Part shown: piece by piece, positions 57,420 to 64,000 of the stretch
How positions within the stretch are numbered: the stretch's first letter is position 1
Layout: every line of letters begins with the position of its first letter
Assembly (NCBI GenBank): GCA_965208675.1
Contig: OZ242351.1
Span: forward strand, 3,104,001-3,168,000
Direction: 5' to 3'
From: Candidatus Poribacteria bacterium
GTDB lineage: Bacteria; Poribacteria; WGA-4E; PCPOR2b
Length of the DNA stretch: 64,000 nucleotides
Made by a program: the position numbers and the translations under genes
The notes under the pieces: generated by a model
The model's input: only the letters and a program-made list of their open reading frames with translations
Told to the model about the DNA's origin: nothing
The model's database searches: none

Positions 57420-58640
57420 ATGCCTGAACGTAGTCGAATATCGCCGCGTTTTTTTGTTAATCAGCTCGCCTCCACGCTGTTAGAAGACTGGTGGACCTCC
57501 TATACGTTCGTCAAATATCAAATCGCAAAAGAGAGTTTTAACTGGCGGCACCCGTTCGGGGCAAAACACGGCCGAGGCGACGCGGTACAACTGGTCAGCC
57601 TGCGTATCACAGATATGTGCAATCTGCGCTGTCACTCCTGCGGTCAATGGGGCGATAACGGTTACCTGCTCGGGAGTTCACTCAAGGAATTGAAACAGCG
57701 CGAGGTACCCGTCGAAACATACAAACGGCTCGTCGATCAGATTGTTGATGCCGGTTGGTCGCCGCTATGGTATATTTGGGGCGGCGAACCCATGCTCTAT
57801 CCCGGCTTAATAGAGTTGCTGTATTACATCAAGGAGCGGGGGATGCCAATCTCGCTCGTGACCAACGCCACAAACGTCGCGAGACGCGCAGACGACATTC
57901 TCGACACCTGCAAAATTCTCTACGTGAGCGTTGACGGTCCCAACGCGGACATCCACAACACGCAGCGCCCGGGCGTTACCGAGAACTACGACAACTTCAA
58001 GGATGTCAAAGCGGCGCTCGAAACTATCAGCGAAGAGAAAAAACGCCGCAATCAGAAATTCCCGTACGTTGTTCCGTTGAGCTGCATCACACAATACAAC
58101 ATCGACGAGGTGGTAGACCTCTACGGATTCACCAGCCAATACGCAGACACGCAAATCTTCTATCTCACGTGGTGGATCGATTCGCAGTCCGCGCAAGAAC
58201 ATTCGATGGATTTCGAGCGGCGGTTCGGTTTTAAGCCGCAAACCCATTTTGGCTGGATTGGCACCTGGAAAGATTTCGATCACGGCGTTATCCTTGATAA
58301 ATTTGAGGAGATGGAAAACATCTCCCGAACCCAAGGACGGTGCCCACCCATGATGATGCCAAAGCTTAACACGCGCGACGATATCAACCGCTACTATACC
58401 AATCACAGCGATTCCTTCGGATATAACCAGTGCGTCAGCATCTTCATGACGCTGGAAATCGACAGCAACGGCGATGTAAGCCTCTGCCGCGATTATCACG
58501 ATTACATCATCGGCAACATCAAAACCGACGCCGTCACAGACATCTGGAACAACGAAGCCGCCGTAAAATTCAGACACTCCATCAGCACCGAGGGAATCAT
58601 GCCGGTATGCCGCCGCTGCTGCGGGTTGATGGGATATTAA
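57420..58640 (+). CDS. Radical SAM protein with SPASM/twitch domain
   Basis: CNLRCHSC, GGEP, SVDG, C-terminal CVSIF..GDVSLC..IGNI..CRRC; GGAAAGGA before ATG 57420. Confidence 0.92.
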   Translation: MPERSRISPRFFVNQLASTLLEDWWTSYTFVKYQIAKESFNWRHPFGAKHGRGDAVQLVSLRITDMCNLRCHSCGQWGDNGYLLGSSLKELKQREVPVETYKRLVDQIVDAGWSPLWYIWGGEPMLYPGLIELLYYIKERGMPISLVTNATNVARRADDILDTCKILYVSVDGPNADIHNTQRPGVTENYDNFKDVKAALETISEEKKRRNQKFPYVVPLSCITQYNIDEVVDLYGFTSQYADTQIFYLTWWIDSQSAQEHSMDFERRFGFKPQTHFGWIGTWKDFDHGVILDKFEEMENISRTQGRCPPMMMPKLNTRDDINRYYTNHSDSFGYNQCVSIFMTLEIDSNGDVSLCRDYHDYIIGNIKTDAVTDIWNNEAAVKFRHSISTEGIMPVCRRCCGLMGY

Positions 58641-58721
58641 CCAGTTTAAAGAAAATGGGAGGATGGACACCCCTGTCCCAATAATCGGGGCTAGTTTTTG
58701 TCGGTTGGGTAGAAAACTAGA

Positions 58722-58753
58722 GAAACCGAGTTTTTTGGAAAAACTCGGTTTCT
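58722..58753. repeat. AAACCGAG/CTCGGTTTCT palindromic repeat family
   Basis: Related copies near 7272, 7533 and 57341. Confidence 0.7.
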
Positions 58754-58819
58754 TAAAGTAAGACTTTCCCCTCGTATTCCGCTAAGCCGATCGTTTAAAA
58801 GGAAAGGAAAATCCAACAA

Positions 58820-59683
58820 ATGAAAATAGGTTTACGCATACCGGGCGCAGGCGCGCAAATGCCCTTTGATTCCTTCTGCCGTTGGTGTGTTGACAACGGC
58901 TTTGAAGCAGTTGACGTGGGCACCGTCACACCCCAAATCGCAAAAACCGCAAACGACGCCGGTTTGGTCATCGGCAGCGCTGATATTCAGGGCGTCGGCG
59001 ACTTGCTAAGCGTCAATAAATCCAAGCAGAAAAAAGGCGCCGAAGCCGCGAAAGCCTCAATTCAGGCTGCCGCCGACAACGGCGTCTGTATCATGTTCTG
59101 CGTCCTTGTGCCCGAAGATGGAAGCCTCGGGCGAGTCCCAAACTTTGAAATCTGGAAGGCTGTGTTTCCGCCGATTGTCGAATTTGCGGAGTCTAAGGGT
59201 GTCACCATCGCGCTCGAAGGCTGGCCCGGCCCCCCGCCGCACTATCCTACACTGGGCTGTACCCCTGAAATGCTGCGTCTGATGTACGCTGAATGTCCAT
59301 CCCCATCGCTCGCCCTAAACTACGACCCATCCCACATGATTCGAATGGGTGTGGACTATTTGCGCCTGCTCAATGAATTTGCCTCGTACGTCCGGCACGC
59401 GCACGGAAAAGACACGGTTTTCGATGCAGAAGCCTACTACCTGCACGGCAATCTCGGCCCCACCTTCTACGAACCCCAGACCTTCGGCGAAGATTGGTGG
59501 CGCTACTGCATCCCCGGCGAGGGTTTGACCGATTGGCCCAAGGTAATCAAACGCCTTGAGGACGAAGGCTTTGATGGCATCATCAGCGTCGAACTGGAAG
59601 ACATCCGCTATTACGACGATTGGGAAGCACAAGCCGACGGGCTCCGCCGTTCACGCGACCACCTCGCACAATACATTCGCTAG
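58820..59683 (+). CDS. Xylose-isomerase-like TIM-barrel sugar phosphate isomerase/epimerase
   Basis: IALEGW, LNYDPSH, HAHGKD, PGEG, ISVELED metal-binding pattern. Confidence 0.9.
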   Translation: MKIGLRIPGAGAQMPFDSFCRWCVDNGFEAVDVGTVTPQIAKTANDAGLVIGSADIQGVGDLLSVNKSKQKKGAEAAKASIQAAADNGVCIMFCVLVPEDGSLGRVPNFEIWKAVFPPIVEFAESKGVTIALEGWPGPPPHYPTLGCTPEMLRLMYAECPSPSLALNYDPSHMIRMGVDYLRLLNEFASYVRHAHGKDTVFDAEAYYLHGNLGPTFYEPQTFGEDWWRYCIPGEGLTDWPKVIKRLEDEGFDGIISVELEDIRYYDDWEAQADGLRRSRDHLAQYIR

Positions 59684-59940
59684 CATTACCGAACCCCGCA
59701 TCCAAATCATGTCAACTCTCATTCCCCTCCTTACCAAGGATGAAGGAGGCTGTAGAGGTGCAAACTGCCGGCAGGTGGCAGGTTCCGAAGATGCCGACGC
59801 ATTATGCACGTGCAGAGATGGCGGAACTGGGGGCGGTTGCAAGGTTCAAGTACGGGAAGTGAGAAAAGCAGTGTCCAGTGGCTAGTGGTCAGTAAGATAC
59901 TGCTTTTACCGGCTACTGGCCGCTGGTCACTGGCACTGTA

Positions 59941-60780
59941 CTATTCTTCCGCCTTCCAGATGACAATAAGCGTGGCGCCGCCTATATCGTCGGGATCTAA
60001 GTGCGTAAGAGATTTGTGGTTGGCATCGCGATTGACGATGAAATCGAAGGAAATATATCCAATACCCATATCCCAATGTTCGCTTACAGTACGACGAGTA
60101 ACCGTCCCGCCGCCCCCCTGATAGGGAGTGGGCCCAAATTCGTCCCTTACCTTGTCCTGGGAGCTGCCGATACCGTTGCAACCTACGGTTTTTGCGGTGT
60201 TCGGCGCGCTTATATCTATTCTGCGAATACGATCGGAACTATCAAGATAAACGATTATTCCGTCGTTTTTCCATTCGTAGTGGTCGACGTCAAAATGTTC
60301 GAGTCCATCGGGGTGAGGTTCGAAGTGATGTTTGGGTATCCCGTACAGTTTAGCAGCGTCACTAAGCAGAGTGCCCAACCTAATGCCCGCAGCTTCCTGA
60401 GCTGGTACGATTAAGGAATGAATAACGCTGACCTCCGCGGTTTTGGAGACGACTTTGTTTGTAGGGTCTTTGACAGATAGTGTGACGGTTGTGACGCCCA
60501 TTTCGATGGGGGCAGTCCAAATCACTTTGGGCTTCGAGTTGGAACTGAGCAATCCGCCCGCCGCTTGCCAGTTGTAAGTCAGTGCATCCCCATCTACGTC
60601 TTGAGTTATCGCTTCAAGCGTTATGCGTGCGCTCGCATGAACTCGTTCCGGAACAAAGATTGTGTTGATGACAGGTGGTGAATTTCGAGGGTTGACGGGC
60701 TCGGGAGCAACGAGGCTCTCATCGTCGCCGCAAGCCGATATGACGATTGAGATAAGGGATAGGGTGAGAATAATTTTCAT
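59941..60780 (-). CDS. Lipoprotein with PKD/Ig-like domain
   Basis: Lipobox ISAC; NSPPVI...DVDGDALTYNW...WTAP...VTLSVKD. Confidence 0.8.
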   Translation of the reverse strand: MKIILTLSLISIVISACGDDESLVAPEPVNPRNSPPVINTIFVPERVHASARITLEAITQDVDGDALTYNWQAAGGLLSSNSKPKVIWTAPIEMGVTTVTLSVKDPTNKVVSKTAEVSVIHSLIVPAQEAAGIRLGTLLSDAAKLYGIPKHHFEPHPDGLEHFDVDHYEWKNDGIIVYLDSSDRIRRIDISAPNTAKTVGCNGIGSSQDKVRDEFGPTPYQGGGGTVTRRTVSEHWDMGIGYISFDFIVNRDANHKSLTHLDPDDIGGATLIVIWKAEE

Positions 60781-60848
60781 AGCTGTTTCCTATGCTGGTA
60801 CGCCAAAGCGTCGAGACTTTCGCCGTTGAGTACAAAGACGAAGGTTTT

Positions 60849-60984
60849 TAGGTTGGGTAGAGCGATCAACCGACCGAATAGGGAGGGCGATAGTTCTTAC
60901 CTCCAGAAACACGCAACACAGTGCGTATGATTTCCGCGGGTGGAAGCAGTTCAAAAATTGATACGACGTAGCGAAACCCAACGC
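60849..60984. repeat. REP-like element
   Basis: TAGGTTGGGTAGAGCGATCAACCGACCGAATAGGGAGGGCGATAGT, identical to the 13958 copy; CGAAACCCAAC. Confidence 0.8.
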
Positions 60985-61129
60985 TTTTTCTGGTCTGTCC
61001 ATATGAAAACGTCTTGACTTCACCGCACATTGGCTGACGCCTTAAATGTAACAAACTGCAACTGCTATAGAAATCATTTCGACATCTTAACACAGCTATG
61101 AGCAACAAAATTCTGCGTGCCTGACCATC

Positions 61130-62569
61130 TCACAGTTTTATCAATACAACAATCAAGATAATAGCAAACACGATTCCTACGAACACCATCCAACCTGTAA
61201 CTGACACCAACTTTGATAAAATTAGTTGATTTGACTGGTCAAGTTCGGCTTTCATTTTTGCGATAAGGGATGCTTTATCTTCGTCATACCGAGAAGAACG
61301 ATTATCTTCAGATTTAGTGCCAACTAATTCTTTTAATATTGCTTTTATCTGCTTCTGAAGAAACACGAGGCGTTCCTCGGCGCGAAGACTCAAATCGCCA
61401 ATCTCATCGATGGGAATCTCGCCGTCAAAGTCGGGAAACCATTGGGGATGTTGCTGTCTAAGTCGATCCACCTCACCGTCAAATAGGTCGAGTTGAATCC
61501 GCGATTCCAATTGTTGGCCACGGTATTCGTCCTTGAATTCGTAATCGTGGCAACATTGCCGAAGTTCGGCTCTAACGCTTTCATTTTTATAGAAGGAAAC
61601 GTTCTCTATTGCCACATCAAGGAATTTTACTCTATCTTGCTCAAAGGCTTTCCTGACTTCTTCAGGTTTGCGGCAGTGCCACTCCGAACCGGCATAAAAT
61701 GCTTGCCTCAAAGCAATATCATCGCTGTCCTTTATTTTTTCATCCTCTAGTAGCCTGCCCAGAGCCGCGCGACATTTGCGATATAAGCCATGTTTATCCT
61801 CGTTACCTTCGACTCTCCATCGTTTTATTGTATTCAGCACATCCATGTCGCTAGGTGCATGTGGAACTGAATAACCAAGTGGAGCTAGTGTTTCTCCAAG
61901 GTAAGCAAGTACGTTTACTGCCAATTTTTCATTGACTGGCACAGTGTTAAACAGCCTCCAAGCAGCATGGTACGGATGTTCTGTGGACGAGAGCACGAAC
62001 CACCCGATGGGGTCAGAAGACATGGCTTTCCGATAAGATTTAGGTTTAAGCATAGGATTTGAAATAGTAAATCCTATTGCCTTAAGCCATTGTTCATCAG
62101 TTAACACTTTGAAAGCATCTGTTCTTTCGTACAGGTAGACTAGCCATTTATCATAAATATATTCGTTTGAAAAGAACAACTGTAATAGTTCTACATTGTC
62201 ATCAAAAGACTGAAGCAACTCCTTTAAGACTCCAAATTCTCTATCAACAATCCAGTTGTCACTGCGCCCTAATTCAGTTGAGACTGAAGGGCCGGCCAAT
62301 AATGCCTTCTTTATTGCGGTGTCACCGTTTCTAAATAAGCGTAGCGCTATATCACTTGTCAAACGTGCATACAATGCTAATCCTAGGTCTATTAAAGGTT
62401 CGTTGCGTTCAATCAGAACTGTTTGAAGTTCTTCGCTTATTTGTCCACCAGTGAGTTGACCACGTGGTTTGCGTTCTTTTAACCACTCCAATACCGCCTC
62501 CGCATTTGCATGCGAAAGCCAGTACGATTCAAACTCTGGATTTTCCAGTATGTCTTTTTGTTCATTCAT
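61130..62569 (-). CDS. Hypothetical helical protein with coiled coil and C-terminal TM anchor
   Basis: 479-aa ORF with AT-rich codons; ends GWMVFVGIVFAIILIVVLIKL. Confidence 0.75.
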   Translation of the reverse strand: MNEQKDILENPEFESYWLSHANAEAVLEWLKERKPRGQLTGGQISEELQTVLIERNEPLIDLGLALYARLTSDIALRLFRNGDTAIKKALLAGPSVSTELGRSDNWIVDREFGVLKELLQSFDDNVELLQLFFSNEYIYDKWLVYLYERTDAFKVLTDEQWLKAIGFTISNPMLKPKSYRKAMSSDPIGWFVLSSTEHPYHAAWRLFNTVPVNEKLAVNVLAYLGETLAPLGYSVPHAPSDMDVLNTIKRWRVEGNEDKHGLYRKCRAALGRLLEDEKIKDSDDIALRQAFYAGSEWHCRKPEEVRKAFEQDRVKFLDVAIENVSFYKNESVRAELRQCCHDYEFKDEYRGQQLESRIQLDLFDGEVDRLRQQHPQWFPDFDGEIPIDEIGDLSLRAEERLVFLQKQIKAILKELVGTKSEDNRSSRYDEDKASLIAKMKAELDQSNQLILSKLVSVTGWMVFVGIVFAIILIVVLIKL

Positions 62570-62747
62570 TTTCTATTTTTGTGAAACGGAAGTCCCCGTT
62601 TCCTATGTGTTATAGTCGTTATTGAAACGGGTTTTGGTTTGGGTCAGGGGTGTATAGCGTGCCATTACGCTCGATATCATACACATTGATTCTATTTTAC
62701 CGCCGTGGCAAATGAAAAGAGGCGAGATTGCAGAGATGCGGGATGGT

Positions 62748-63803
62748 TTACTTGGCGAGAGAATAACTGAGATCGCTACAATTATATCCAAACTCACAAA
62801 TGAGTTGGTACAAAGCATCACGACGATTGTTAGCATTCATGCCTTTGAATCGGATTCTGCCGTTATTCTCATTTCGAACAAATTTCCTGCCACCTTGCGG
62901 GCCCTCAATATTCAACACTCTCTCATCTAAATTCCGTGGATTTCTGCTGTCGCGAATAATTTCGCATAGCTTTGTCAATATGTCCGACCACCTGTTTACC
63001 GGGTATGTGACTTGGTTAAACGTAAAATTTTGAAGTCTTCTGCTATTTACATCATCGTTAGGCTTGCCATCACACGCTTCATTTGGCAATTCAGCATCGC
63101 TTGGCGTTGCGTCGTCAACGTCGGCGTGGACGGGCGGATTAGGCGGGGCTGGCGTTTGATTTTGAAGATAAGGTATAAGGATGTCCTCATCGCCATCATT
63201 GAAGTTTCTGACGAATTGCATTAACTGAGGTAATATTGTTTTGCCTCGTAGGAGAGTTTCCGCGTTTTGGACACTTTTTTCAGATACGACGTTGCATCGG
63301 CTTAAGACAGATATCATCAAATGGGGCAACAGTGGTTCATGTATGGCTACTGATTCAAGGCTAAATTCATCGAACTTATCAATCTCAGATGGGAAGTAAA
63401 ACTGCCACTCTTTGCCGTTAGTAAGTACAGCCAGGTTTACCACAGGCTCGCTTTTTCCTCTCTCAAAGACGTAATTCTTTAACTGTTCTCTTTCTCCTTC
63501 TCCTAGCTTAATGTCTTCTCCTTTAGCTTCGATAATAGCCTTTAACTTTTTCTCGATTAGCAAAACATAGTCTGGCACCTCCCCTTTTCTAATACTATAG
63601 TTTGGCTTTATTTCCGAATTGTTCCAACCTAAATGAGATAGTATTGGGAAAATTAAAGCCTCGCGCACTGTTTGTTCATTTTGAGGGTTATCTTCCAGGT
63701 TCCAATTTTTTATCACCTTGTGAATATCGCTTAACACGAAAGTTCTCCTCTCCATTGCACGGTGCAAGCTTGGGCTTACCAAAAGCATTGAGTTGCGTTT
63801 CAT
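62748..63803 (-). CDS. HsdR_N-like PD-(D/E)xK nuclease domain protein with C-terminal putative DNA-binding domain; start uncertain
   Basis: NEQTVREALIFPILSHLGW, PDYVL, IIEAK, QLKNY, LTNGKEWQFY; Pro-rich linker; FTFNQVTYPVNRWSDIL. Confidence 0.8.
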   Translation of the reverse strand: MKRNSMLLVSPSLHRAMERRTFVLSDIHKVIKNWNLEDNPQNEQTVREALIFPILSHLGWNNSEIKPNYSIRKGEVPDYVLLIEKKLKAIIEAKGEDIKLGEGEREQLKNYVFERGKSEPVVNLAVLTNGKEWQFYFPSEIDKFDEFSLESVAIHEPLLPHLMISVLSRCNVVSEKSVQNAETLLRGKTILPQLMQFVRNFNDGDEDILIPYLQNQTPAPPNPPVHADVDDATPSDAELPNEACDGKPNDDVNSRRLQNFTFNQVTYPVNRWSDILTKLCEIIRDSRNPRNLDERVLNIEGPQGGRKFVRNENNGRIRFKGMNANNRRDALYQLICEFGYNCSDLSYSLAK

Positions 63804-64000
63804 GGAATTTGTCACGAGCGACGTTTTTTAGTATGTACCCGGTAAAATCCGGTTAACCCAACCCAAAAAAACTAACGACAACCAACTCAACCGCGATAGT
63901 TTCACGTGCTTCTTACACGCAGCACCCGCATTGTAGGTTCTTTCAATTCCCATCCTCTTCATTAAAGGACACGCATCACCGCCTCAACATTGGGGATAAG

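Noticed and set aside
57807-58670. 287-aa minus-strand ORF
   Set aside because: Antisense shadow of the radical SAM gene

Overview
Bacterial genomic DNA. The gene repertoire (several secreted WD40 proteins, a LamG protein and PhoX carrying an AVxP..T.(W/L/F)G.IK motif and/or a NYPNPFNP FlgD-Ig-like C-terminal domain, an FGE-sulfatase domain, dense GTAG-type palindromic repeats) suggests Candidatus Poribacteria; this is inference. The left part (1-24 kb) holds metabolic and housekeeping genes: M6 protease, PHP protein, rbsK, an nrdR-nrdJ operon with a consensus promoter and paired NrdR boxes, an EcoRV-like R-M pair, two tandem MFS paralogues, an O-antigen-ligase-like protein, gluconolactonase and a sialidase-like protein. 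A candidate ~90-nt promoter-to-terminator sRNA lies at 24.3 kb. The most striking region is a minus-strand island at about 25.3-48.3 kb built from a repeated, apparently uncharacterised cassette: enhancer block, sigma54 -24/-12 promoter, a covarying 5'-UTR hairpin, a membrane-anchored protein A and a small secreted beta-rich protein B. There are three intact copies, one copy in which the A anchor carries a GH108 lysozyme domain instead, and one pseudogenised copy. These are interleaved with three 14-repeat WD40 proteins, two double-vWA proteins, a PAS-PAS kinase with an NtrC-family activator, and a decayed second activator. The right part (48.7-64 kb) has phoX plus a porin, lpdA plus a fused E1 alpha/beta, a GT2 plus radical SAM pair, a TIM-barrel epimerase, a lipoprotein and an HsdR_N-like nuclease. 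No rRNA, tRNA, CRISPR array or intact transposase was recognised.
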